Shown: one piece after another, positions 20,032 through 30,377 of the stretch
Numbering within the stretch: position 1 is the stretch's first letter
Layout of the letters: each line of letters opens with the position of its first letter
Assembly: GCA_046583355.1 (NCBI GenBank)
Contig: JAYGCM010000079.1
Location: forward strand, 1-44,192
Length of the DNA: 44,192 nt
Source: Deltaproteobacteria bacterium
GTDB lineage: Bacteria > Desulfobacterota > Binatia > UBA12015
Reading direction: 5' to 3'
Position numbers and translations under genes: made by a program
Notes under the pieces: generated by a model
Database searches by the model: none
What the model saw: the letters and a program-made list of their open reading frames with translations, nothing else
What the model was told of the DNA's origin: nothing

Positions 20032-20608
20032 GAGGCGCACGGCCGCGGGCTGGCGCATTGGGTCCAGCGACGACCGCCAAAGCCTCGGCCGCAGGAGCGC
20101 GGCGCTCTTGGCGGCCGCGCTTGCCACGCTTCTCTTCGCTGCCTTCGCGGCCGACGCGCGCAACGATATTCTGCCCTTCGGCCTGCTCTACGGTTCGCCC
20201 GAAATCCCCGAGCAGACCGATGAGGTACTCATCCGCGTCTGGAGCCAAGGCGGGCGTATCCACCTGCGCTTCATCCCTGATGGCCAACCGCACGAGATCG
20301 ACGGATCCCTGCTGGCCACCGGCAAGGGCGTGCTCAAAGATACCACGCCCCTCTCCGACGCGATTCGCATCCGCCAGCCGCGCCCGGCACGCCTGGACTT
20401 CGACGGCCGCCTGACGGGGCGCGTCGAGGGCCTCGGCGTCATCCTCGCGGGCGACTTTCAATCGCTGATTTTCGATATCAAAATCGATGGCCGACGACAG
20501 CCGGAGAAGGTCCGCATCGGCGGCGACCGCGACCGCCCGCGCACGCTACCGGTCGAGTTCGCACTCGGCGACCCGGCGGTGGGCTGGCTCGACCGCTTCG
20601 GCTTTTAG
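20012..20608 (+). CDS. Hypothetical exported protein (start uncertain)
   Basis: Ala-rich signal-like segment ending AADA, then a beta-rich mature region. Confidence 0.6.
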   Translation: MRPARAERRTAAGWRIGSSDDRQSLGRRSAALLAAALATLLFAAFAADARNDILPFGLLYGSPEIPEQTDEVLIRVWSQGGRIHLRFIPDGQPHEIDGSLLATGKGVLKDTTPLSDAIRIRQPRPARLDFDGRLTGRVEGLGVILAGDFQSLIFDIKIDGRRQPEKVRIGGDRDRPRTLPVEFALGDPAVGWLDRFGF

Positions 20609-20609
20609 A

Positions 20610-20970
20610 GGCGGTGGGCTCAACCGGTCAACCCAACACCGTCGACAAGCCTGTCGGCAGGGCCAATAAGAGCCGCGGGCCTTCGGGCCGTGCGGGTTCA
20701 AGCTGAGCACGATCTCGTCGAGTTCCGATTGCCCCAGACCGAGAGGTCTGGTGCCCTTGGGCAGGTATTGGCGCAATAGCCGATTCGTGTTCTCGTTGGC
20801 GCCGCGCTGCCAAGGGCGTCTCGGATCGCAGAAACCACATCGACATTCATCGCGATCGAGAATCTCCGGTGATCGGCCGTTACCATCCCGCGGTCCCCTA
20901 TCAGTGAGCGACGCAGCTCTGCGGGAAGGCGACGGATCTGTCGCACGAGCGCACCGACTCACCGCACTGC
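20610..20970 (-). mobile_element. Decayed IS30-family transposase 3' end with right inverted repeat
   Basis: Frameshifted fragments IRRLPAELRRSL, ADHRRFSIA, FCDPRRPWQRGANENTNRLLRQYLPKGT and ELDEIVLSLN. IS30-like end on the + strand at 20610-20638 (...CAACCGGTCAACCCAACA). Confidence 0.85.
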
Positions 20971-21089
20971 CTGCGGCGCCACATCTCCGCTCTTTCCTTG
21001 TCCGAGAAAACCCTTCCCGCAATCGACACCCTCTGTGCCAAGCCGTGCTTTTTAGCTGGACCGCCAGAGGTCCGGATCACTCCGGGTGC

Positions 21090-22070
21090 TCAGCCGCGGC
21101 GCAGGGCTTCGGCCTGATCGACTGCGAAATAGGTGAGAATCAGATCAGCGCCGGCGCGTCGGATGGCGACCAGGCTCTCTTCGCGCACACGCGCTTCGTC
21201 GAGCCAGCCGCGTTCGGCCGCGGCCTTGATCATCGCGTACTCACCGCTGACCTGATAGGCGGCGACCGGCACATCGCACGCCGCGCGCACCTCGGCGATG
21301 ATATCGAGGTTCGGGCCGGCCGGCTTCACCATCACCATATCGGCGCCTTCGTCGAGGTCGAGCGCAAGCTCGCGCATGGCCTCGCGGCCGTTGGCCGGGT
21401 CCATCTGGTAGCCGCGCCTGTCGCCATGGCTCGGTGCCGAGTCGGCCGCATCGCGAAAGGGGCCGTAGAAACCCGATGCGTACTTGACGGCATAGGAGAG
21501 GATGGGGATATCCTCGGCGCCGGACTCGTCGAGCGCGTCGCGGATCGCCGCCACCCGGCCGTCCATCATATCGGAGGGCGCGACGATATCGGCACCGGCG
21601 CGTGCGTGGGAGACAGCTTCTTTTGCCAACAACTCGAGTGTCGGGTCGTTGAGAACCTCGTCGCCCTTGAGCACACCGCAATGGCCGTGGTCGGTATATT
21701 CGCAAAGGCAGACATCGGTGATGAGCAGAAGCTCCGGGATCTGTCGGCGCAACTCGCGCAGCGCCTGCTGCACGATGCCGTCGTCGCGCCAGGCATCGGA
21801 GCCGATGGCGTCTTTGGCTTCGGGGATTCCGAAGAGGATCACGCTGCGCACGCCCGCTTCAAAGGCTCGACCGGCCTCTTCGGCAACCCTATCCACCGAC
21901 CATTGCCGCACGCCGGGCATCGATTTCACCTCATTGGCGACGCCCTCGCCCGGCACGACGAAGAGGGGAAGAACCAGCTGCGAGGGGTGCAGGCGAGTCT
22001 CGCGCACCACTTCGCGCAGCCTTGCCGTGCGCCGCAGCCGGCGCGGCCGTACCAGAGGAAACGTGCTCAT
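21090..22070 (-). CDS. hemB: Porphobilinogen synthase
   Basis: [32 protein letters not shown] and YQVSGEY. Confidence 0.96.
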   Translation of the reverse strand: MSTFPLVRPRRLRRTARLREVVRETRLHPSQLVLPLFVVPGEGVANEVKSMPGVRQWSVDRVAEEAGRAFEAGVRSVILFGIPEAKDAIGSDAWRDDGIVQQALRELRRQIPELLLITDVCLCEYTDHGHCGVLKGDEVLNDPTLELLAKEAVSHARAGADIVAPSDMMDGRVAAIRDALDESGAEDIPILSYAVKYASGFYGPFRDAADSAPSHGDRRGYQMDPANGREAMRELALDLDEGADMVMVKPAGPNLDIIAEVRAACDVPVAAYQVSGEYAMIKAAAERGWLDEARVREESLVAIRRAGADLILTYFAVDQAEALRRG

Positions 22071-23602
22071 CGGGACTCCTTGTTGCGCAACGCCTGCGTG
22101 ATCGCCTGCGCCAATGCCGCAACCGTATACGAATCGGGCTCGATGGCCACCTGTAGACCGGCGGCGGTAGCGGTAGCGGCCGTGATCGGGCCGATGCAGG
22201 CAATCTTCGCCGCCTCCAGAGCCGCGCGGCCCGCGGGCGCCGCATCGACCACCGCAAGGAAATGCTCGACCGTGCTTGAACTGGTGAAGGTCACGCAATC
22301 CGGTATGCCGTCAGCGAGGATTTCCTGCCAACGCGCCGGGGCATCGGCCGGCTGAATGCTCCGGTAGGTCAAGACCTCGTCGACCAACGCTCCCTGATTG
22401 CGCAAGGTATCGGGCAGAATCGGGCGCGCTCCGGCTGCCCGCGGCAACAGGACGCGGCTCCCCTTGAGCGACTCCCCCGCCAAGGCCGCAAGCAGCCCCT
22501 CGGCGCGGTACTCGGTTGGAATAATATCGGCATTCACGTGGCGCGACGCGAGTCGGCGGGCTGTTTGGGGGCCGATGGCCGCAATGCGCAAGCCGGCAAG
22601 CGCGCGCATATCGAGGCCGCATTCATCCAGCACGGCAAAAAAACGATCGACCCCATTGGCGCTGGTCAGGACCAGAAAATCATACGACGAGAGTTGTTCG
22701 AGCGCGGCGCGCAGCGGCGCTGTGTCCATCGCCTCGATCTCGATGGCCGGGCACACCAGCACCTCAGCGCCCTGCTCGCGCAGAAGTTCAGCGAGCCGCG
22801 GTGCCTGGTGGCGCGGGCGCGTCACGACAATCCGGCGGCCGAATAGTGGTCGCTTCTCAAACCATTCAATTGACTCGCGCAAGCGGACCACCTCGCCGAT
22901 GACCAGCGTCACCGGAGGCCGAAGGCCCCCTGTCGCAACTTTCTCGGCCAGGTCCGCAACGGTACCCAACACGGTCTCCTGGCGCGGCGTCGTGCCCCAG
23001 CGAATCGCCGCGGCCGGGGTTGCGGGATCGAGCCCATGCGCCATCAGCGCGGCGAGGTTGGCCTGCATCTGCGTCAAGCCCATCAAGAGCACGATAGTAT
23101 TGCCGGCCGACGCGACCAGCTCCCAGCGCACGCGCGGATTCTCTTTGCCCGCGGCCTCGTGTCCGGTGAGGACGGTGACGCCCGAGACCCAATCGCGATG
23201 CGTGACCGGGATGCCGGCCATCTCCGGTACGGCGAGCGCGGACGTAACACCGGGCACCACCTCCCAGGCAATACCCGCCCGCGCCAGCACCTCAGCCTCC
23301 TCGGCGCCACGGCCGAAAACCATCGGGTCGCCCCCTTTGAGGCGCACCACGCATAGGCCACGGCGGGCACGTTCGACCAGAAGCTCGTTGATCTGCTCTT
23401 GTTCGAGAAAATGCGCTCCCGTGCCGTGTTTACCGCCAAAGATACGCTCAGCCCCGGGCGGCGCGAGCGCAAGCAATTCCACGCTAGCCAGGTAATCGTA
23501 GACGACCACATCGGCACGGCCGAGGCATTGCGCGCCGCGCAGTGTCAGCAGGCCCGGATCACCGGGGCCGGCACCGACGAGATAGACGATCCCTTGAGCC
23601 AT
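22067..23602 (-). CDS. cobA-hemD: Uroporphyrinogen-III methyltransferase / synthase fusion
   Basis: [11 protein letters not shown] and RLKGGDP..FGR, then [17 protein letters not shown] and FTSSST. Confidence 0.94.
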   Translation of the reverse strand: MAQGIVYLVGAGPGDPGLLTLRGAQCLGRADVVVYDYLASVELLALAPPGAERIFGGKHGTGAHFLEQEQINELLVERARRGLCVVRLKGGDPMVFGRGAEEAEVLARAGIAWEVVPGVTSALAVPEMAGIPVTHRDWVSGVTVLTGHEAAGKENPRVRWELVASAGNTIVLLMGLTQMQANLAALMAHGLDPATPAAAIRWGTTPRQETVLGTVADLAEKVATGGLRPPVTLVIGEVVRLRESIEWFEKRPLFGRRIVVTRPRHQAPRLAELLREQGAEVLVCPAIEIEAMDTAPLRAALEQLSSYDFLVLTSANGVDRFFAVLDECGLDMRALAGLRIAAIGPQTARRLASRHVNADIIPTEYRAEGLLAALAGESLKGSRVLLPRAAGARPILPDTLRNQGALVDEVLTYRSIQPADAPARWQEILADGIPDCVTFTSSSTVEHFLAVVDAAPAGRAALEAAKIACIGPITAATATAAGLQVAIEPDSYTVAALAQAITQALRNKESR

Positions 23603-23670
23603 ACGAAATCGGTATAGGCCGGTCGCGGGGCAGGCAAGGCGGCGGCGCAGATGATAGATCGGCGGTAACC

Positions 23671-24102
23671 ATGTCTGGATGTTTTCTTCTTCTGGCCCTA
23701 GCCTTCCTCGGACTGGCACCGGCGTATGCCGCGACCGAAAACGAGCCCGAGCCCACGCCTGGAGTCACCTCCGGGGTGCCGCTGATTGTGGAAGGCCGGA
23801 TTCTTGCCCTCAGCTGCCTGTTGCAGCAGGGCGACGAGCAGGGCGACGCGGTAGTCTGCAGCCGCGCCAGCAGCGCCAACGGCGCCTCCTTGGCCTTGCT
23901 GGAGAAAGGCACGGGCCGCCTTTTTGCCTTTGCCGAGGCGCAGCCCGCGACCGACCCAGCCGAACAGGCACGCGAATTCCTCGCCGAGGAGGTGCGCATC
24001 GAGGGCCGCCTCTACGAGCGCGCCGGCTCGGCGATTCTCGTCCCCGAGCACATCGTGAGCCTGGAGACCCGCCCGGTGGTCCCGGCTGTGAAAACCGACT
24101 GA
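23671..24102 (+). CDS. Hypothetical exported protein, antisense to the heme operon
   Basis: Signal peptide ending AYA. Fills the hemC-cobA gap. Confidence 0.65.
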   Translation: MSGCFLLLALAFLGLAPAYAATENEPEPTPGVTSGVPLIVEGRILALSCLLQQGDEQGDAVVCSRASSANGASLALLEKGTGRLFAFAEAQPATDPAEQAREFLAEEVRIEGRLYERAGSAILVPEHIVSLETRPVVPAVKTD

Positions 24103-24169
24103 TGCGATCACGGCCATAGCCTGGAGGTACGGCTCGGTTCGAGATCCGCAGGCGCGATCGGCCGACGCC

Positions 24170-25120
24170 TCAGTCTTCGGCCATCTGGCGCTCGACCTCG
24201 GCCAGAATGTGCGCCGCACCACGCGCCAGCAATGCACCGGCAACCCGACGACCCAGATCGGCCGCCTCGGTCGCCTTGGCGCTGAGCGAGGTGCGCAGCA
24301 TCTCGCGTCCATCGAGCGAAGCGACCAAGCCGTCACAGACCAGCAGCCCGTCGCGTTCCCGACACCAGGCCGCAACGGGCGCCGTGCAACTGGCGTCAAG
24401 CGCGCCAACGAAGGCGCGCTCGGCCGTGGCGGCCTGTGCGGCTGCCGGATCGTGCAAGGGCTGCAGGAGACGCTCGGTTGCCGTATCGCCCATGCGAATC
24501 TCGATTGCCAAAAAACCCTGGCCCGCCGAGGGGAGGAAGATCTCGGCCGGCAGCGGGTCAATCGGGACGTCCAGGCCCAATCGGGCGATGCCGGCCGCCG
24601 CCAGCATGACGGCGTCGAGTTCGCCGCTCTCGGCTTTGCCGATGCGCGTATCGACGTTGCCACGAATCGGTACGATCTCCAGGTCGGGTCGCAAAGCCAC
24701 GAGCTGCGCGCGACGGCGCAAGCTCCCGGTGCCAATGCGCGCCCCCGTAGGCAACGCGTCCAGCCCAGGCGGCAAGCCGCGATGCGCCGGTGAACGCACG
24801 AGCACATCGCGCGCATCGGCGCGGGTGCTGATGGCGCCCAAGGCAAAGCCCTCGGGCAACTGCGCCGGGACATCCTTCATCGAGTGAATCGCGAAATCGA
24901 TCGAGCCGCCGCGCAAGGCCTCTTCGAGTTCCTTGATGAAGAGGCCCTTACCACCGACTTTCGCCAGCGGGATATCTTTCATCTTGTCGCCAGAGGTACG
25001 AATGACGATGAGTTCGACCGGCGTACCGGCGGCCTCCAACAAGGCCACGGCCTGCTTCGATTGGGTCAGGGCGAGCGCGCTGCCACGGGTGCCGACGCGA
25101 AGGGGAACGCTCAATTTCAA
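24170..25120 (-). CDS. hemC: Hydroxymethylbilane synthase
   Basis: GTRGSALAL, GGKGLFIKELE, HSMKD, GTGSLRR, RGNVDTR and SCTAP. Confidence 0.96.
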   Translation of the reverse strand: MKLSVPLRVGTRGSALALTQSKQAVALLEAAGTPVELIVIRTSGDKMKDIPLAKVGGKGLFIKELEEALRGGSIDFAIHSMKDVPAQLPEGFALGAISTRADARDVLVRSPAHRGLPPGLDALPTGARIGTGSLRRRAQLVALRPDLEIVPIRGNVDTRIGKAESGELDAVMLAAAGIARLGLDVPIDPLPAEIFLPSAGQGFLAIEIRMGDTATERLLQPLHDPAAAQAATAERAFVGALDASCTAPVAAWCRERDGLLVCDGLVASLDGREMLRTSLSAKATEAADLGRRVAGALLARGAAHILAEVERQMAED

Positions 25121-26488
25121 TTACTCCTGGTCGTCTTCATCGATGCGCGGCTCGGAGCCCAGCTCGAAGAGGTGGTGCACGAACTCCTGGGCATCACTGG
25201 CGCCACCGGAATCCTCCTCACGCGCCAGTTCCTTCAGGACCTTCATCGGCGCATGCAGAATCTTGTTCACGATCGCCTGGGTCATCGACTCCAGGGCCTC
25301 GCGATCTTCTGGCTCGAGGCGGCGCAGCGTCGCCATCGCGCGGTCGAGCTCGCTGCGGCGAATGCCCTCCAATTTACCGCGCAGGGCGACAATAGTCGGC
25401 GTCAAATCCGGCGATTGCAGCTGCCGCCAGAGCCCATCGGCCTCTTCCAGCACAATCGCCTCTGCCTTACGGGCCTCCTTGGCCCGCTCCGCGCGGTGAT
25501 CCTTGGCGACACCGGCCAACGAGTCGATATCGTAAAGATAACAACCCTCCAGGTCGTTGATGGCGGCATCGAAATTACGCGGCACGCCGAGGTCGATGAA
25601 AAACATCGGCCGGCTGCGGCGAGACTTCAGGGCGGCCGTCAGGTCCGATGGCCCGAGAATCGTGCCGTCCGCACCAACCGAGCCAAGAACAATATCGACC
25701 ATCGCCAGATATTCGTGGTAGCGGTCAAAAGGGACCGGCGTGCCGTCGAAGCGCCGCGCCAATTCCACCCCGCGGTCGAAGGAACGGTTGGTCACGATAA
25801 GGTTCTTGACGCCGGCCGCGATGAAATGACGCGCCGCCAGCTCACTCATCTTGCCCGCGCCCATCAGCATGACGGTCTTGCCCGAGAGATCGTCGAAGAT
25901 ACGCTGCGCCAGATCCACGGCAGCCGAACTGACCGAGACAGCGCGCGTCGCCACCTCGGTCTCGGTGCGCACCCGTTTGGCGACGCGAAACGAGCGCTCG
26001 AAGCAGCGCCGCAGAAAAGCGGCCACGGCATCACTCTCGACCGCGTTACTAAATTGCGCCTTCAATTGGCCGAGGATCTGGGATTCGCCGATCACCATTG
26101 AGTCCAGGCTCGAGGCCACCCGAAAGAGATGACGGACGCCATCGCGACCGCGGTGCACGTAGCGATGCTCGCGCAAAAGGGCGATATCGACACCACGGTC
26201 GTTGGCCAGGAATTCCGTGAGGGCGCCGGAAAGCTCGTCTTCGCGGCCCGCGCTGGCAATCACTTCGATGCGGTTGCAGGTCGAGAGCACGACGGCCTCG
26301 CGCGCATCGGTTCCGGCGACGATGCGGGCGGCCGCTGCCCCGAGTTGATCGCCGGGAAACACGAGGCGTTCACGCAATTCGATCGGCGCGGTCTCGTGGT
26401 TCAACCCGACGACCCAAAGGTCCGCCGCCCCACCCTTCGGCCCGCGCGGCCGCAAGGGCCGTACCTGTGCACGCGTCGTCGCGCTCAT
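25121..26488 (-). CDS. hemA: Glutamyl-tRNA reductase
   Basis: GLNHETAP, LSTCNR, LDSMVIGESQILGQ, GAGKM and DLGVPR. Confidence 0.96.
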   Translation of the reverse strand: MSATTRAQVRPLRPRGPKGGAADLWVVGLNHETAPIELRERLVFPGDQLGAAAARIVAGTDAREAVVLSTCNRIEVIASAGREDELSGALTEFLANDRGVDIALLREHRYVHRGRDGVRHLFRVASSLDSMVIGESQILGQLKAQFSNAVESDAVAAFLRRCFERSFRVAKRVRTETEVATRAVSVSSAAVDLAQRIFDDLSGKTVMLMGAGKMSELAARHFIAAGVKNLIVTNRSFDRGVELARRFDGTPVPFDRYHEYLAMVDIVLGSVGADGTILGPSDLTAALKSRRSRPMFFIDLGVPRNFDAAINDLEGCYLYDIDSLAGVAKDHRAERAKEARKAEAIVLEEADGLWRQLQSPDLTPTIVALRGKLEGIRRSELDRAMATLRRLEPEDREALESMTQAIVNKILHAPMKVLKELAREEDSGGASDAQEFVHHLFELGSEPRIDEDDQE

Positions 26489-27306
26489 CCGTAGGCCACC
26501 GCATGCTGACCCGGTGTGAGCATATTGATGCCGACAAACGAGATGAAGAGGACGCCAAAGCCGACGATGGTCAAGGTAGCGGCGCGCCGCCCGCCCCAAC
26601 CGATGGTCACGCGAGCGTGCAGCAAAGCAGCATAGATCACCCAGACGATCGCACTCCAGATCGTGCGCGGCTCCCAGGAGAGGAAGCGGCCGAACGAGAG
26701 TTCCGCCCAGACGGCGCCACTGAGGATGCTCAATGTCAGCAGAACGAAACCCCAGGCCAGAAACGTGAAGTTGATTCGATCCAAGGATTCCAGCGAGGGA
26801 AGACTTGTCAGGAAAGGCGAGATCGTACGCGCCTTGAGGCGGCGCTCCTGCCAGAGGTAGGCGAAACTGACAAGGCAAGAAAGCGCGAAGGCCGCGTTGC
26901 CGAGAAAGGCGAGCGTGACATGAACCGGCAACCACGGACTCTTCAGAAACTCCGGCACATCCGAGGTAGCCCCCTGCGCCACCAAGGCCACCAGGGCACC
27001 GATGAATCCGAGAGGGCCGACAACGGCGGCCAGCACCGCAAGCCGGAAACGAAGCTGCGCCAGCAGGTGCACGGCGACCAAGAGACAGGTGAAAAAGCTG
27101 ACCTGCTCGGTAAAACTATGTACGACGATGGTGCCGCTGGCGGCCGAGCGCGCCAAGATGGAAGAACCCTGCAGAACCACGCCGACAATCAGCGCCGCAG
27201 CGGTAGTCTGGCGAAAACCCGAACTCGAGCGCCAAAGGGCAAGCCCGCCGGCGACCGTTCCGATCAGGTACGCCAACAGACTCCCCTCAAGGAGGAGAGA
27301 GGGCAT
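26485..27306 (-). CDS. ccsA: Cytochrome c assembly protein (CcsA/HemX-like)
   Basis: Multiple TM helices with VHV, LPSLESLD and a Trp-rich GAVWA....GR...WEP motif. Confidence 0.85.
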   Translation of the reverse strand: MPSLLLEGSLLAYLIGTVAGGLALWRSSSGFRQTTAAALIVGVVLQGSSILARSAASGTIVVHSFTEQVSFFTCLLVAVHLLAQLRFRLAVLAAVVGPLGFIGALVALVAQGATSDVPEFLKSPWLPVHVTLAFLGNAAFALSCLVSFAYLWQERRLKARTISPFLTSLPSLESLDRINFTFLAWGFVLLTLSILSGAVWAELSFGRFLSWEPRTIWSAIVWVIYAALLHARVTIGWGGRRAATLTIVGFGVLFISFVGINMLTPGQHAVAYG

Positions 27307-27960
27307 TTATTTACCGTCGCCTTGGCGCGGCCGCTCGGTAAGCCCGGCGCAGACCGAATCTGTCATGCGCTCGACCCGCGCGGGGTCGCCGCGTTTCAGG
27401 GCCTCCAGAAGCCCGCTCTGCAGGAGCCGCGTGAAGGCCTGGGCGCGTGCGGGGCCGCGCTCGAAGCGCAAGCGCAGGGACGCCATCACCTCGGCCGCCG
27501 TGCCATATTCAGGCCCGAGCGTCCCGGCGATCTCGTCGCGGATGCGCTGAGCCAGCGCGGGGCTCGCGCCGCCTGTACTGACCGCCACCGTAACCCGACC
27601 GAGTTCCAGCATCGCGGGCATCACAAACGAGCAGGCCTCGGGTTCATCCACGACGTTGAGCAAGACGCCGCGCTCGCTGGCCTCCTGCGATACGGCTTTC
27701 TGCACCGAGCGGTCGTCGGTCGCCGCGAAGGCAAGCAGAACATCGGCCAAATCACCGGCCTGGTAGTCGCGCTCGACGATTTCCAGCGAATTCTGCGATG
27801 CGGCAAGCTCGCGCAGCTCCGAACCGATCTCCCCGGCGACGACACGAACGGAAGCGCCCGCCGCCAACAAACTCGAGGCCTTTCGCGCGGCAACGCTGCC
27901 GCCGCCAACCACAATCGTCCGTCGGCCGACGAGATCCAGAGATACAGGAAGGTAACGCAT
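27307..27960 (-). CDS. Precorrin-2 dehydrogenase / sirohydrochlorin ferrochelatase (SirC/Met8-like)
   Basis: VVGGGSVAARK, AATDD, NVVD.P..C.F and STGGASPALA. Confidence 0.92.
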   Translation of the reverse strand: MRYLPVSLDLVGRRTIVVGGGSVAARKASSLLAAGASVRVVAGEIGSELRELAASQNSLEIVERDYQAGDLADVLLAFAATDDRSVQKAVSQEASERGVLLNVVDEPEACSFVMPAMLELGRVTVAVSTGGASPALAQRIRDEIAGTLGPEYGTAAEVMASLRLRFERGPARAQAFTRLLQSGLLEALKRGDPARVERMTDSVCAGLTERPRQGDGK

Positions 27961-28009
27961 TGACCCCGAATATAGCATCCATCCGCCCTTACGCGAAGGG
28001 CCTACAGCT

Positions 28010-28056
28010 CCAGAGGTACGGCCGAAAAGTAGGCCTGCATCCGGCCGCGCCTCCAG
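28010..28056. repeat. REP/MITE-like palindromic element, copy 2
   Basis: Arms CCAGAGGTACGGCCG and CGGCCGCGCCTCCAG. Core 28019-28044 matches copy 1 at 24/26. Confidence 0.7.
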
Positions 28057-28059
28057 GCC

Positions 28060-29442
28060 TCAGCCCAGCGGGACCATCAACTCCTGGCCGATCTGGATGC
28101 GGCGAGGGTTGCGAACACCGTTCATTTTCTGGATCTCGCGGACGCTGGCGCCATAACGCCGTGCGATGCCGCCGAGGGTCTGGCCGCGGCCGACCTTATG
28201 TACGACGATGCGCGGCTCGTTCCGCGCGGATATGTCGCGGCCGCTATTGCGCCGAGCGCGCGCCAGGGCCGGGTCGCGTGGGCCCTTGGGCACGCGCAAC
28301 CGATAGCCACGCGGAATGCGATCCACGCCGTAACGCACGCGGCGCAGGAAGGCCGGGTTGAGTGCAATCAGGTCATCACGCGTGACGCCGACATGCTTGG
28401 CGGCGTCGGTCAGGCGCATCGAGCGGCGCAGCCTCACTTCGCGACTGCGTGGCACCTCCAGTTGGCGGAGCGCTCCGAAATGCCGTTCGGCGTCGCGCAC
28501 GACATCGATGGCGGCGAGGAACTCGACGTAGAAGTTGCGCGAGGCGAAGCCGAAGCGACGACCGCGGTACTCGTGCACCATCGACTCGAAATCCGAGCCA
28601 TATTTGCGCATCGCCTTCTGCATGCCGCCACGGCCGTGATTGTACGCGGTGATCGCGAGCGGCCAGCTACCCAGCGCCTCGTAATCACGCCTCAGATGCT
28701 CGGCGGCGGCTTCCGTGGAGCGCAAGGGGTCGCGGCGCTCATCGAGAGCCGAGTTGATCTTCAGATATTGGCGACCAGTGCGCGGCATGAACTGCCACAC
28801 GCCCGCAGCGCCGACCTTCGAATACGCATCGACATCGAAACAGGATTCGACCAGCGGCATATGGGCCAACGCGACCGGCAGGCCACGCGCGGCAAACATC
28901 GCCTCCATCTCCGCGCGGTAGGCGCGCTGGCGGATCAGGCCGGACGAGAAGCGCTCACGCAGGCCCGATTGGGAGCGAACGCGTTTGGCCGCGTCGGCGA
29001 ATTTATTCTTGCCAGTGAGCCGACTGGAACGATCGCGCACGCGGGCCTCCAGAAGAGTCATCTGGGGTGGCCTACCCTCATAGCGGTGCAAGCGTTGGAG
29101 CGCGGCCTCGATCCGTTTCTCGGCGCGCTCGACCTCTTTTTTCTTGCGGCGTGACGCCTTGGCATCGAGCAGCCCATTCGGGCCGGCCAGCGAGCGGAAG
29201 TCCAGCACTTCGTAGACCACACCGAGATGGCGATTATCATGCAAGACGACCTGGTTGCGCGAGAAGGTTGCGAAGATCGAGCGCCAAAAACCTACCGCCG
29301 GCTCGAGCGAATCCGGCCGTGGAAAATCAGCGGCCGCAGCCGGCAGACTCAGCACGAACAGAGCGAGAACTGCGGCCAGGCCCAATAGCAGCCGATGCCA
29401 CCGCCGCCCCACCTCTTCCTGCACTCCTGCCAAACGCCTCAC
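28060..29442 (-). CDS. MltD-like lytic transglycosylase with C-terminal LysM domain
   Basis: VES, GAAGVWQFM, AITAYNHG and a LysM (HKVGRGQTLGGIARRYG...IQIGQEL). Confidence 0.9.
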   Translation of the reverse strand: MRRLAGVQEEVGRRWHRLLLGLAAVLALFVLSLPAAAADFPRPDSLEPAVGFWRSIFATFSRNQVVLHDNRHLGVVYEVLDFRSLAGPNGLLDAKASRRKKKEVERAEKRIEAALQRLHRYEGRPPQMTLLEARVRDRSSRLTGKNKFADAAKRVRSQSGLRERFSSGLIRQRAYRAEMEAMFAARGLPVALAHMPLVESCFDVDAYSKVGAAGVWQFMPRTGRQYLKINSALDERRDPLRSTEAAAEHLRRDYEALGSWPLAITAYNHGRGGMQKAMRKYGSDFESMVHEYRGRRFGFASRNFYVEFLAAIDVVRDAERHFGALRQLEVPRSREVRLRRSMRLTDAAKHVGVTRDDLIALNPAFLRRVRYGVDRIPRGYRLRVPKGPRDPALARARRNSGRDISARNEPRIVVHKVGRGQTLGGIARRYGASVREIQKMNGVRNPRRIQIGQELMVPLG

Positions 29443-29570
29443 CTCCTACGCGACCATCGACCGACGACGATCCGGGCATGAATGCCCCACCAATTCTGCT
29501 TTGTAGAATCATTGCTCCGATAGAGCAAACAACGTCGTGGCCGATGGAGAGATTCGGCCCAACGCGCGGC

Positions 29571-30377
29571 TCAGACCTGGCAGCCGGAGCACCAGAAGGT
29601 ATTGCGCCCGCCCATCTGCCGGGCTTGGATCGCGGCGCCGCAGCGTCCGCACGCCTCGCCCGCGCGGTCGTAGACCTGGAGCATATTCTGAAATGCGCCG
29701 GGATTGCCCTCAGCATCGCGGTAATCGCGCAGCGAGGATCCACCCGATTCGATCGAATAGCGCAGCACCTCTTTTACCGCCGCAACAATGCCCGCCGCCT
29801 CCCGGCGGCGCAGCCGCTTGCAGCGCCGGCTCGGCCGCACGCCGGCGCGGTAGAGCGCCTCGCTGGCGTAGATATTCCCCACCCCGACGACGCAGCGTTG
29901 GTCCATCAGAAGCGATTTGATGGTCACCCGCGGATGCGCCGTGCGCAGGGCCCAAAGAGCATCGGCATGGAAACCATCCTCGAGTGGCTCCAGGCCCAGG
30001 TTGCCAAGCTCGGCTTCGTCGCGCATCAGGAACGAGGCACCGAAGCGGCGGGGATCCTGAAAATGAAGGAAGCGGCCCCCCTCCAGATCGACCTCGATAT
30101 GAACATGACGGGCACCGGCAGCCTTCGCTCCAACCAGCAGGCGGCCCGACATGCCGAGGTGTACCGCCCACATCTCGCCGCCGCCGATATCCAGAATAAT
30201 ATACTTGCCCCGACGACGCACAGCCTCGATGCGCCGGCCACTCAGGCGCTCGGCGAAATCGTCGGCGACCCGCCGGCGCAAACGCTTATCGTGGACACGG
30301 ACGGCTTCGATGCGTCGCCCACAAACGTAGGGCGCAATCGTCCGGCAGACCGTCTCGACTTCGGGCAGCTCAGGCAT
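29571..30377 (-). CDS. mutM: Formamidopyrimidine-DNA glycosylase
   Basis: MPELPEVET start, HLGMSG, GVGNIYASE and a zinc finger CGRC...CSGCQ. Confidence 0.96.
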   Translation of the reverse strand: MPELPEVETVCRTIAPYVCGRRIEAVRVHDKRLRRRVADDFAERLSGRRIEAVRRRGKYIILDIGGGEMWAVHLGMSGRLLVGAKAAGARHVHIEVDLEGGRFLHFQDPRRFGASFLMRDEAELGNLGLEPLEDGFHADALWALRTAHPRVTIKSLLMDQRCVVGVGNIYASEALYRAGVRPSRRCKRLRRREAAGIVAAVKEVLRYSIESGGSSLRDYRDAEGNPGAFQNMLQVYDRAGEACGRCGAAIQARQMGGRNTFWCSGCQV

